In this document: piece after piece, positions 10,153-19,223 of the stretch
Layout: each line of letters opens with the position of its first letter
Numbering within the stretch: position 1 is the first letter of the stretch
Source: Chloroflexota bacterium
Lineage (GTDB): Bacteria > Chloroflexota > UBA11872 > VXOZ01
Direction: 5' to 3'
DNA length: 64,000 bases
NCBI GenBank assembly: GCA_965221905.1
Contig: OZ244922.1
Coordinates: 896,001 to 960,000 of the forward strand
Translations under genes and position numbers: made by a program
The notes under the pieces: generated by a model
The model's input: only the letters and a program-made list of their open reading frames with translations
Databases searched by the model: none
What the model was told of the DNA's origin: nothing

Positions 10153-11301
10153 ATGGGGAAGATAACGCTCACCGGCAAGCAGAGCGACTTTCTCAAGATC
10201 GTGGCGGCTGCCGCCGGACGAGGTGACCTGGAGGCGGTGCAAGCCTTGGTCGAGGCCGACCCTCGCTGGGTGCATACCGTCGGCTCTCACGGGCGCACGA
10301 TGCTGTGGGAAGCATCTTATTGGGGCAAACAAGCAGTTGCGGAGTTTCTGGTCGAACGTGGCGCCGATGTGAACGCCAGCGCCTGCCATTACAGCCAGCA
10401 TTACGTGGAGATTAGTTGCTACTGCATTGCCAGGGCCAAGAAGCGCCATGTCCTTGCCGACTATCTGCTAGAGCGCGGCGCGACAGTAAACGTGTTTACG
10501 GCAGCCTATCTAGGGGAAACGGCGGCGGTCGCTGGATTCATTGAAGCCGATCCAATGCTGCTTGAAAGCACCCAAGCGCAGCACGACTCTCAGCGGTCAG
10601 AAGGGGGACGGCTGGTCTTCGACCACATGCCCAACATGTGGGCCACGCCGCTCGCTTATGCGCTCAGCGGCGGTAGCGGAGATACGGTTGCTCTGCTGCT
10701 CGAGCGCGGTGCGGAAGTACGCAAATACGACACACGGTTGCTAGGCATTGCGGTGGGCCGCAACCGACTGGACTTAGTTCAGATGCTCTTGGAGCACGGG
10801 GCCGATGCCGACCAACTCCCATTGGCAGACCCTTCCCAGAACCGCGAATTAGCAGAGCTGGCAATTGCCCACGGTTATGACGTCAATACCGGCCGTCCCG
10901 GCTGGCCGCCACTGGTGGTTGCGAGCCGCGGTGACAAAGGAGAACATCCCGAGCGGCTACAGGCGCTGCTGGAACTTGGGGCGGACGTGAACGTGCGCGA
11001 CTACAAAGGTAAGACCGCGCTCCACCGCGCCGCCACCGCCGGCTTCCTCGCCAGCATGGAGGTCCTGCTGGCTAACGGCGCGGACATTAACGCCGCAGAC
11101 CTCCAGGGTGACACCCCGCTCTTTGACGCAATCCGCGCCGGTCAGGTCGAGGCAGTAGCCCTGCTGCTAGAGCGCGGCGCAGATGCAGGGGCAGAGAATA
11201 AGAGAGGCGTCTCTATAGTCTCTTTGGCGAAGAGGATGAGGAAGCAGGGCGCGGCTGAGATCGTGAGAATGCTGACCGATGACGCATTGCAAGCGAAGTG
11301 A
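10153..11301 (+). CDS. ankyrin-repeat protein
   Basis: Multiple repeats: LVERGADVN, TPLAYA, LLEHGAD, GKTALHRAA, GDTPLFDA, LLERGAD. GAGGG RBS. Confidence 0.92.
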   Translation: MGKITLTGKQSDFLKIVAAAAGRGDLEAVQALVEADPRWVHTVGSHGRTMLWEASYWGKQAVAEFLVERGADVNASACHYSQHYVEISCYCIARAKKRHVLADYLLERGATVNVFTAAYLGETAAVAGFIEADPMLLESTQAQHDSQRSEGGRLVFDHMPNMWATPLAYALSGGSGDTVALLLERGAEVRKYDTRLLGIAVGRNRLDLVQMLLEHGADADQLPLADPSQNRELAELAIAHGYDVNTGRPGWPPLVVASRGDKGEHPERLQALLELGADVNVRDYKGKTALHRAATAGFLASMEVLLANGADINAADLQGDTPLFDAIRAGQVEAVALLLERGADAGAENKRGVSIVSLAKRMRKQGAAEIVRMLTDDALQAK

Positions 11302-11389
11302 TCGGGACTAGAAGTGGCGTAGAGTGACTGGGTCGTTGGCAGGTTTTACAGAACAGTCACTTCTGAACTATAGAGAAATGATCCGTTCT

Positions 11390-11456
11390 GTCATTCCGGC
11401 GAAAGCCGGAATCCATCTTCGCTGCGCCCTGGACTCCGGCTTGCGCCGGAGTGACG
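11390..11456. repeat. REP/RPE-like palindromic element, family A
   Basis: GTCATTCCGGCGAAAGCCGGAATCC-spacer-TGGACTCCGGCTTGCGCCGGAGTGACG; near-identical copies at 12319 and 34806. Confidence 0.85.
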
Positions 11457-11464
11457 AACGGCAT

Positions 11465-12226
11465 CTAGCCCAGGCACCCACCGTAGCGTTCGAGCGCCGC
11501 CAGGATTCCGTTCTCCGTTACGTCGGGCGCGATCCAGTGGGCAATGGCTTTGAGGTCGGGGTGAGCGTTGCCCATGGCAATGCGCAGTCCGCATTCCTGG
11601 AGAAACTCAACGTCGTTGGGGCCGTCGCCGATGCCGATGATCTGCGCAGGCGTAGTGTCGAGCAGGCGCGCATAGCGATGGACGGCGGTCGCTTTGGTGC
11701 CGCGCTTGTGGGTGACGTCCACACCCCACGTCTTACCGGGCTCATAGGGAAAGCGGGTCACGTGCACCGGCCTTTCCGGTGGAAAGAGCTGTTCAAAGCG
11801 CGGCAGGTCAGCCGTGGGCACCGGCAGCACCGTGATGCGTGTAATGCGCCATTGGCTAATGTCCGCTACGGCCTCAACCACCGTCGTGTCGTCTACGGCG
11901 GAGAAGGTATACGGGCTCTGTGTTACGGCGTCCAGCAACGTGTGGGCATCCTCCGATTCCAGATAGATGCAGTCGAGGGTCTCCATTGTGTCGGCGCGGA
12001 AGATGCGGGCGCCGCCGTCGGCAACCTGAGGTCCCTTGAGACTGAAGCGTTCGGCCATGGCGGCAACGTAGTGAAAGTCCCGGCTGGATATGAGGCTTAC
12101 ATGGCACTGCTGCGCCACGGCCGATAGCCCTGCGACCACTGGCGCCGGAGGCGGCACGCCATAGGGCGCAAGTGTGCCGTCGATGTCGGTGAGCAATGCC
12201 CGATAGTGCGTTCCACTTGGTTGCAT
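11465..12226 (-). CDS. HAD-superfamily hydrolase, Cof/IIB subfamily
   Basis: Motif I LLTDIDGTL, DVTHKRGTKATA, IGDGPNDVEFL, AMGNAH. Confidence 0.88.
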   Translation of the reverse strand: MQPSGTHYRALLTDIDGTLAPYGVPPPAPVVAGLSAVAQQCHVSLISSRDFHYVAAMAERFSLKGPQVADGGARIFRADTMETLDCIYLESEDAHTLLDAVTQSPYTFSAVDDTTVVEAVADISQWRITRITVLPVPTADLPRFEQLFPPERPVHVTRFPYEPGKTWGVDVTHKRGTKATAVHRYARLLDTTPAQIIGIGDGPNDVEFLQECGLRIAMGNAHPDLKAIAHWIAPDVTENGILAALERYGGCLG

Positions 12227-12318
12227 CGATTGCGTTTCCTGTCACTGTCCTTGGGGATAGTTCGCAGACATCACCTTCGCGCGTGGATACTTTACCGCGG
12301 GAAAGAGCGTTTGGGGCC

Positions 12319-12386
12319 GTCATTCCGGCGAAAGCCGGAATCCATCTTAACTACGCCCCTGGACTCCGGCCTTCGCCGGAGTGACG
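12319..12386. repeat. REP/RPE-like palindromic element, family A
   Basis: GTCATTCCGGCGAAAGCCGGAATCCATCTT...TGGACTCCGGCCTTCGCCGGAGTGACG. Confidence 0.85.
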
Positions 12387-12456
12387 ACGGGAATGCGCCT
12401 CGAACTTGGAACGCGGAGACCTGCAATCGCTCACCGACAAACTTCCGCCTAGAAAA

Positions 12457-13818
12457 TCAGGCTAAATCAACCCGCTGCACTGCACTCTCCAAGGCAGCGA
12501 CAAAGCGGTCGACCTCGTCCTGTCCCATCGGCGTCGATAGAGCGCCCAGGCCCTCCTTGGAGACGATGACCCCCGCATCCAGCAGGCCGCGATGCAGGCC
12601 GCGCAGGCGCGCTTCCGCGACCGGCCCCTTGGGGATACTGCGGTAGTTGACGATAGGCGCATCCGTAGGCACGACAATGATGAGCGAACCGGCGCCGCTG
12701 ATTTGGCCGGGTACGCCCGCATCGGCAAAGACCGCATTGGCGCGGGCGCGCAGATCGTCGCCCAAGGCTTCCAAGCGCGAGTACACATCCGGTGTGAGTT
12801 GCGTCAGGGCGGCAATGCCGGCTGTCGCGGAGAGTGGGTTGCCGCTGTACGTGCCGCCGGAAGCAAGCGCGGGCGGTCCCTCAGTGGGGTCGAGCAGCGC
12901 CATGATCTCGGCACTGCCGCCCACCGCGCCAATCGGCAGTCCGCCACCGATGATCTTGCCAAAGACCGTGAGATCGGGTTCGCCGCCAAAGCGGGCGGCC
13001 CCGCCCTGGTAACTCACCCGAAAGCTGATCACCTCATCGGAAATGAGCACGATGCCGTAGTCTCGCGTAATCTCGCGCAAGAACGCGAGGAAGTCGTCCT
13101 GGGGCAGCGGAAAGCCGGAGCGGTTGCAGAGCGGGTCGTAAAGCAGCGCCGCTATTTCTGCACCGTGTTGTTCGAGCAGGCAGGTCACGGCTTCACGATC
13201 GTTGTATGGCAGCGTCAGCACGTCGGATTCAACCGAATCGGCCAGTCCGCCGCTGCTGGCCACGCTGTGGGGAGCGTCCGCCGGGCCCCATGAGTCCGGT
13301 TGCGATGAATAGCTGACCTGCACGTAGTCGTAGTAACCGTGATAGAAGCCCTCGAATTTGGCAATCCGGCTGCGTCCCGTGAATGTGCGCGCCAGCTTGA
13401 CCGCCAGCATCACGGCCTCGGTACCGGAATTCGCAAAGCGAATCTTTTCCAAAGCGGGGACGCGGGTTACGAGCAGACGGGCAAGGTCGAGCTCCGGCTC
13501 CGCCGGTTCGGAGAAGGCCGTGCCGCGCTGCAGTTGATCGATGATGGCGTTGTTAATTATCGGGTTGGCATGGCCGTGGATCAACGCGGTCATGTTGTTG
13601 AGGTAGTCGACGCGCTCGACGCCCTCCACGTCGGTCAGGTAGCAGCCGTTACCGGACTTGGCATAGATTGGATACGGTTGATAGTAGTAGTGGAGCCGTG
13701 AGGTGCCGCCTGGCATGTACTGAGAGGATTCTTCGAAAAGCTTGGCAGTTTCGCTGGACAAGGATAGAGATTCGCCAGGGTCGGTCGCAACTCCCCCTTG
13801 GCTTTGCCGCTGGCCCAT
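12457..13818 (-). CDS. class III PLP aminotransferase (glutamate-1-semialdehyde aminomutase-like)
   Basis: MPGG, IHGHAN, FANSGTEA, FEGFYHG, ISDEVISFR, FGKIIGGGLPIG (PLP Lys), SGGTYSGNPL. Start at ATG 13818 after GAGGAGG. Confidence 0.88.
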   Translation of the reverse strand: MGQRQSQGGVATDPGESLSLSSETAKLFEESSQYMPGGTSRLHYYYQPYPIYAKSGNGCYLTDVEGVERVDYLNNMTALIHGHANPIINNAIIDQLQRGTAFSEPAEPELDLARLLVTRVPALEKIRFANSGTEAVMLAVKLARTFTGRSRIAKFEGFYHGYYDYVQVSYSSQPDSWGPADAPHSVASSGGLADSVESDVLTLPYNDREAVTCLLEQHGAEIAALLYDPLCNRSGFPLPQDDFLAFLREITRDYGIVLISDEVISFRVSYQGGAARFGGEPDLTVFGKIIGGGLPIGAVGGSAEIMALLDPTEGPPALASGGTYSGNPLSATAGIAALTQLTPDVYSRLEALGDDLRARANAVFADAGVPGQISGAGSLIIVVPTDAPIVNYRSIPKGPVAEARLRGLHRGLLDAGVIVSKEGLGALSTPMGQDEVDRFVAALESAVQRVDLA

Positions 13819-14161
13819 GGCCGCCTCCTCGATGCTTGTAAGGTCTTGTGGCGATGATATACTCAATGGCGCACGGGCACAACGGCATGAATTCGACGCA
13901 TGCGCTGAGCGGAGGTGCGCCCGCGACTGTTTGCATGGGCCAGCGAAGATGGGCGAGCATTTTGGCTCCCGAGTTATGACCTCTAGGGCGGGGTGCAGCA
14001 ATGACTGTGTTCAGGCCGCGCGTTGCCATGCAACGCACGCAATACTGCTGACCGGCCCTCCAGAATGGCACTATCATGTTGCCATCTCCATTCGACCGCC
14101 TTCTGAGAGAAAAAAATTCACATTTTGATCCGCCCGGTAGCTTTTTAGAGACTCCGTTGCT

Positions 14162-15673
14162 ATGAATGCCCTACAAATACCTCAATATGCAGATAAAGTC
14201 GTGATTGGGGGCGGCACGGCCGGGGCTGCCGTGGCGGGACTGCTTGCGGAACGCGGCGACCGGTCGGTACTGCTCCTGGAGGCCGGCCCCGACTACGGTA
14301 GCCTCGCGGAGGGTCGGTGGCCGAGCGACTTACTGGATGGTCGCGTGCTCGCCAGCACCCACGACTGGTCGTTCACCAGTGCGGCGGCAAACGGTAAACC
14401 GGGCCACGCGCTGCAGCGCGCCAAGGTGATTGGCGGCTGCTCAGCGCATAACGGCTGTATCGTGATCTGGGGCAGCCGCGCCGACTACGACGGCTGGGCT
14501 GCTGCGGGCAACGACGGCTGGTCGACCGCAGAGGTGCTTCCCTACTTCCGGCAGGCAGCGGCACGACTCTGCGCGCGGGATTTCGCGCCGGAGGAGGTAA
14601 CCCCGCTCCACGGCGCGTGCCTGAAAGCCATGATTGCCGTCGGCATCCCCCTTTCAACCGACCTCAATGACCTTGATGAGGACACCGGCGCGGCGCTCGC
14701 GCCGATCAACATCAGGAACGGAGTCCGCTGGAGCACGGCGCTTGCCTATCTCGACCCGATGCGGAACCAAGGAGACTTGACCATAGTGGGCGATGCGCTG
14801 GTAGAGAAAATCAACCTGCAGGGCTCGCGCGCAACCTCGGTCGATTTCATCCGCGAAGGAGAGAGGATGACGGTTGAGGCTGGGAGAATTTATCTATGTG
14901 CGGGTACGTATGGCTCCCCCGCCATCCTGCTGCGCTCCGGCATCGGCCCGGCAGATGAATTACAAAAGACTGGGATAGTTACTAAAATCGACCTTCCCGG
15001 AGTTGGCCGTAACCTGCACGATCATCCGGGCGTCAGCATGACGCACCACGGCACGCCGCTCTTCAATTCCTTGATGACAGACTGCATAGCCGCCGGTAAG
15101 ACCGTCTTCACGGAGCAATGCCTTGCCAAGGCGCGCAGCAGCCGCTGCAAAGAGGCATTCGACCTGCACATAGCCCCGCTTACTGCAGCCGGGCCAGACG
15201 GGGACGGACGCTGGGAGTGCTCGATGTACGTCGCGAACATGGCGCCCCAGTCCCGCGGTCGGCTCACGCTGCGCGACAGCGACCCTCGCAGCAACCCGGT
15301 AATCGATACCGGCTATTTTACGGATCCAGGCGACAACGACCTGGCGGTGCTGATGGACGGCGTCCTCTTGACTAGGGAGATCGCGCGTGAGCAACCGCTT
15401 GCCGCGTTGATCGGCCCCGAGCTTGACGAAACGGCCGGCATAGTTACGGCCGAGGAATTGCGCCGCAACAGCCTCCACTACTTCCACCCGGTCGGCACCT
15501 GCAAGATGGGCCCGACCTCCGACCCTGAAGCTGTAGTAGATTCAGTAGGAAGGGTTCACGGTATAAAGGGTCTCCACGTCATTGACGCCTCGATCATGCC
15601 CACTGTCCCCAGAGCCAATACCAATCTGCCAACGCTCATGCTCGCCGAGCGGATCGTCGCCGGGCTTGACTAG
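14162..15673 (+). CDS. GMC-family FAD oxidoreductase (choline dehydrogenase-like)
   Basis: IGGGTAG, LLEAGPD, AKVIGGCSAHN, GSPAILLRSGIG, GRNLHDH, HPVGTCKMG, DASIMP, NTNLPT. Confidence 0.92.
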   Translation: MNALQIPQYADKVVIGGGTAGAAVAGLLAERGDRSVLLLEAGPDYGSLAEGRWPSDLLDGRVLASTHDWSFTSAAANGKPGHALQRAKVIGGCSAHNGCIVIWGSRADYDGWAAAGNDGWSTAEVLPYFRQAAARLCARDFAPEEVTPLHGACLKAMIAVGIPLSTDLNDLDEDTGAALAPINIRNGVRWSTALAYLDPMRNQGDLTIVGDALVEKINLQGSRATSVDFIREGERMTVEAGRIYLCAGTYGSPAILLRSGIGPADELQKTGIVTKIDLPGVGRNLHDHPGVSMTHHGTPLFNSLMTDCIAAGKTVFTEQCLAKARSSRCKEAFDLHIAPLTAAGPDGDGRWECSMYVANMAPQSRGRLTLRDSDPRSNPVIDTGYFTDPGDNDLAVLMDGVLLTREIAREQPLAALIGPELDETAGIVTAEELRRNSLHYFHPVGTCKMGPTSDPEAVVDSVGRVHGIKGLHVIDASIMPTVPRANTNLPTLMLAERIVAGLD

Positions 15674-16030
15674 AGGCGTCTGGGCCGGATTTGGTACAGT
15701 TTGGCGACCCCGACCGTACGATAGCTAGAACCTTCGAACTGAGATTCAACTCAAAATCCCAGTTGTATGCCGACCCGTACCCACTGATTGGGGCGACCTG
15801 TCAATCTGTATAGGCATAGTACATTCGTCTGGCCGCCATGGCTCCCTTGACCCACGCTCGGCAGTTAAAATGACACACTCACACTACCAGCGATTCATTC
15901 CTTTTCGATCTCAGAATTTTCCTACGAAAACTACTAGATTCTCTCCTGAAAGTGATGTATTGTGAAATTATAATCCAGGGAACACGACGGGAATATTGGG
16001 CCGCCAGAGTATCCAGGTAGCACAGTGAGA

Positions 16031-16855
16031 ATGCCAATGTACGCTTCCCTTCAGACGGCCAATGAAACGACGCTACCCGGGCCTTTGATGGCCGGTCTGG
16101 GTGATGTCCGCTTACTGCACCCCCCTGGGACCTTCGCCTTGTCACCGGCAAGCCTGATTTCGGTCCAAGCGATAGTGGGAAACCAGGGCCTGCTCAAAGG
16201 CATCGGGCTGGACTGGGGCACTGGTTCCGGGTGTCTGGCGATCACAGCAGCCAGAATTGCCGATGTTTTTCACGTGGCCGGGCTGGACATCTCCGAGACG
16301 AGTGTGGCAATCGCCCGCCAGAACGCCTCGTGCAACGCCGTCAACGACAAGACGTCGTTCTTTGTCTCCAACTCATACTCGCCAGTGGACTGGCGCGTTC
16401 GCCGGGCACTCGATTCCCTGGTGAGGCGTGTGGACTTCGTGCTTGCAAATCCACCTGCCAGCGAACACGACGACGGCTTCGGTTTCCGACGAGAAGTGCT
16501 TAAGGGGGCGCGGAAGTACATGGCAGCGGGTGGCGTTGTATTACTCGGCGGGTCGTCTCGTTATGGCCAGAGGGCTGAGCGACTGTGCGACGAGGTGCCC
16601 GAATTCAGCTACGGCGGGGTTATCTCAAGCACCGGCTGGGTCCCGTTTGATCTTGCCCGACCGGACTACCTGCGATGTCTGCAGCAGTACGCGGCGGAGG
16701 AGGAACGCGGAGGTCTGACCTACCGCTTCCAATGCAACGCTGTTCATGCAGGAGAGCCGATCAACGCACGACGCGCACTCTCGCTCTTCGTTGCAACTGG
16801 TCTAATGCCGTTCATGGATTGGCAGATGCACCTGTTCAAATTCAACCGAGACTAG
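16031..16855 (+). CDS. class I SAM methyltransferase (HemK/RsmC-like)
   Basis: LDWGTGSGCLAI, GLDISETSVAIARQN, VLANPP. Exact start uncertain. Confidence 0.72.
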   Translation: MPMYASLQTANETTLPGPLMAGLGDVRLLHPPGTFALSPASLISVQAIVGNQGLLKGIGLDWGTGSGCLAITAARIADVFHVAGLDISETSVAIARQNASCNAVNDKTSFFVSNSYSPVDWRVRRALDSLVRRVDFVLANPPASEHDDGFGFRREVLKGARKYMAAGGVVLLGGSSRYGQRAERLCDEVPEFSYGGVISSTGWVPFDLARPDYLRCLQQYAAEEERGGLTYRFQCNAVHAGEPINARRALSLFVATGLMPFMDWQMHLFKFNRD

Positions 16856-17604
16856 GCTAAGGTCCGACCAGCATACGCGTCCATCGCCCAAGGGTCACCT
16901 TATTGTTGCCCTGAACTCCGCATAATCCTGGTAACACACCTCAGCCTCCGGGGCGAAACGTCAAACTACTCTGGGCTTACCTTTGACATTTGCACTTCAC
17001 CGGTACACCTCTGCATCTGAACCGAAGTACCCAACCATCGTCGACAAAATCCACTGTCCGGTTCTCTCACGGATGCCAACCGGCGTTTCCCAGGCGCCGC
17101 TTGAATGCTGAGAGACGTATCCCGGTTACAGGACCGTCGGCCATTCTCACCATGGCTTCGCACTTTCCGTACCTGGCGTGGAGTGTGTCACGTCTTGGGC
17201 ATGGCAATGTACAGAAACCTTTCATGTCTCGAGAAGCATCAGCGGAAAGCGAGAGTAGCCTGGCGGAAAGTGTGCGAACCCTCTTTAGGACTGAGGATGC
17301 CGAGAAAGCAACCGAACTCGGGTATGGATGAAGATTCAGCCGGCCAGCGCAAGCGGCTGCGACTCCAACCGGGCTCGGAACGGCGCTCTCTGCCTTGACA
17401 GGGCAGTGCGTTAAACCATTACACGGCGGGGCCGCATGGGGAAAGAAGCTGTGGCTAGGCTGTGCCGAGCGGCTGGAGAGCAGCACCTTGCTGCGATGGG
17501 CTGTGACCGACGACCCGCTCATGCCTGATCAGCGTGACCGGTGTCGTACGATAGCCTCTGCCGGTCACGCGCTTGACCGCCCTGGTCCAGCCAGGCAACG
17601 GCGC

Positions 17605-17633
17605 TTGACAAGCCGCAGGCAGTGGGTTAGATT
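17605..17633 (+). promoter_or_regulatory. putative sigma70 promoter upstream of the PhyH gene
   Basis: TTGACA-N17-TAGATT about 90 bp before the start. Confidence 0.45.
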
Positions 17634-17725
17634 TGCCGAGACTTTCGGGCAAGAAGAGGGTGACTTGCAGAGAGTTCAATTCAATCTAACTCGCAGCGGA
17701 CGCAGATTGGCCTAAGGAGAGCATT

Positions 17726-18940
17726 GTGAAGGTTGATAGAGACCAGTTTTTGGATCAAGGCTACCTGATTTTCCGCAATCTAATTCCCGCGGACAGACTG
17801 GAATCCATGCGCGCTAGTTGCGAGATTATGCTGGAGCGGCAGAAGGTTAACTGGGCGCGCGAGCGCGGGCCGGACGATCCGCCGGGCGGCGAGTACGAGA
17901 AGGTCCGTCAGCCGCGCGTCATGATGAAGCGTCCAGGTCTCATCGACGCAGAGACGGCCAACGTCGTGGAAGAGTTTTGGGTCGCTGACGAGACCCTGGA
18001 AATAGCTAGTCAGCTCCTTTGCGAACCCGAGCCTTGCATTACCGAAATGATGATGATGTGCAATCCGGTCCGCGACTGGCCGGGCGGCACCGGCTGGCAC
18101 CGGGATATTCACCCCGTCGACATGGCCCCGCTGGATGCGCTCACAGCAGACCTGATAGAGAACGGCCCCCGATATACGCAATGGAACGTGCCCCTATATG
18201 ACGACAGCGTGTTGTGGGTCATTCCCGAAAGCCATCGCAGGCGCAACACCGAGCAGGAAAATGCCGAGTTGCTCAAGGACCGCGCCGCGCCCGTCACTGG
18301 GGGTATTCCGGTGGAGTTGAACGCCGGAGACGGTGTTATCTACATCAACTACCTGAACCACACCGGCAGCAATTACACTACAAAAAAGCGGCGCACCCTC
18401 CACGGCGGCCACGCCATTTACGGAACGTACCCGGAGACCGGCTTTGTTGAAAGTCTGGCTCCTTGGGCCCGTGAGCGGTTTGAATCCTACGCCGCGCGCG
18501 GCGAGCGCATGCAGGACGCCACCGAGGAAGCACTCCGCGCCGTCATCGCAAAGGATGAGCCCGGCTTCCGTGCCGCTTTGGATGCTCTGCAGCCGGGCGC
18601 AGGCCTCCACGGCAGAACTACCCTCACGATCTACTTGTCTAAGACCGCGAAGCAGATTCGCATTTTAAAAGACCCCGATCACGGCCCGCCGGACGATCTC
18701 CATCGGTGGGTTGAGGGCGAGCACGCCATTACCCTGAATTGGGGACCGGACTTCACTGCGCGCTTCACCGCTGAGGAAGCGACGATCCTGTGGAGCCGGT
18801 TCAAGGGTATGGATGCCGCGCTCCAGAGCGACGTGGATGTGTTCGAGCCTGCATTTCAGGCACGGCCCATGCGATACTATTTCAACGAATTGCCGGCCGG
18901 CATCGACACCGAGTCGTTCATAGCCGGTTGGAACGGCTAG
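17726..18940 (+). CDS. phytanoyl-CoA dioxygenase (PhyH)-family Fe(II)/2OG oxygenase with C-terminal extension
   Basis: FLDQGYLIF, WHRD (HxD), LWVIPESH, LNAGDG, distal His in LNHTG followed by RRTLH. AAGGAG RBS. Confidence 0.8.
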   Translation: MKVDRDQFLDQGYLIFRNLIPADRLESMRASCEIMLERQKVNWARERGPDDPPGGEYEKVRQPRVMMKRPGLIDAETANVVEEFWVADETLEIASQLLCEPEPCITEMMMMCNPVRDWPGGTGWHRDIHPVDMAPLDALTADLIENGPRYTQWNVPLYDDSVLWVIPESHRRRNTEQENAELLKDRAAPVTGGIPVELNAGDGVIYINYLNHTGSNYTTKKRRTLHGGHAIYGTYPETGFVESLAPWARERFESYAARGERMQDATEEALRAVIAKDEPGFRAALDALQPGAGLHGRTTLTIYLSKTAKQIRILKDPDHGPPDDLHRWVEGEHAITLNWGPDFTARFTAEEATILWSRFKGMDAALQSDVDVFEPAFQARPMRYYFNELPAGIDTESFIAGWNG

Positions 18941-19223
18941 TTCTGCATATTCCTCGCAAGGCCGGCAGGGCGTGACGATGCTGTGCCCCCTAGAATCGCT
19001 TAGGTGACCAATTGGATTTATCAGATGTGCTCGCCAAAGGGCTTGGTTCGCCAGTGCGCAAATGCCGGGCGATCTCTCGCAGGATACAGGCGTTGTTCCA
19101 ATAACCTCCTGCAGGCGGTCTCAGTGCATTTTTGAGGCAATGCCTATGTATACTTAAAGGTGTTCGTTGCACGAAGAAGCTTATATAGGAATCTATTTTG
19201 GCATCTCAAAGAGGAGGACATCA

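Noticed and set aside
11324-12127. Long antisense ORFs (this one, 23810..24733, 40192..41016, 44186..45118, 58636..59487, 62364..63284)
   Set aside because: They lie opposite well-supported genes; typical shadow ORFs of GC-rich DNA with no recognisable motifs.
15702-15732. Intact tRNA gene
   Set aside because: Only an acceptor-end-like fragment; no cloverleaf can be built.
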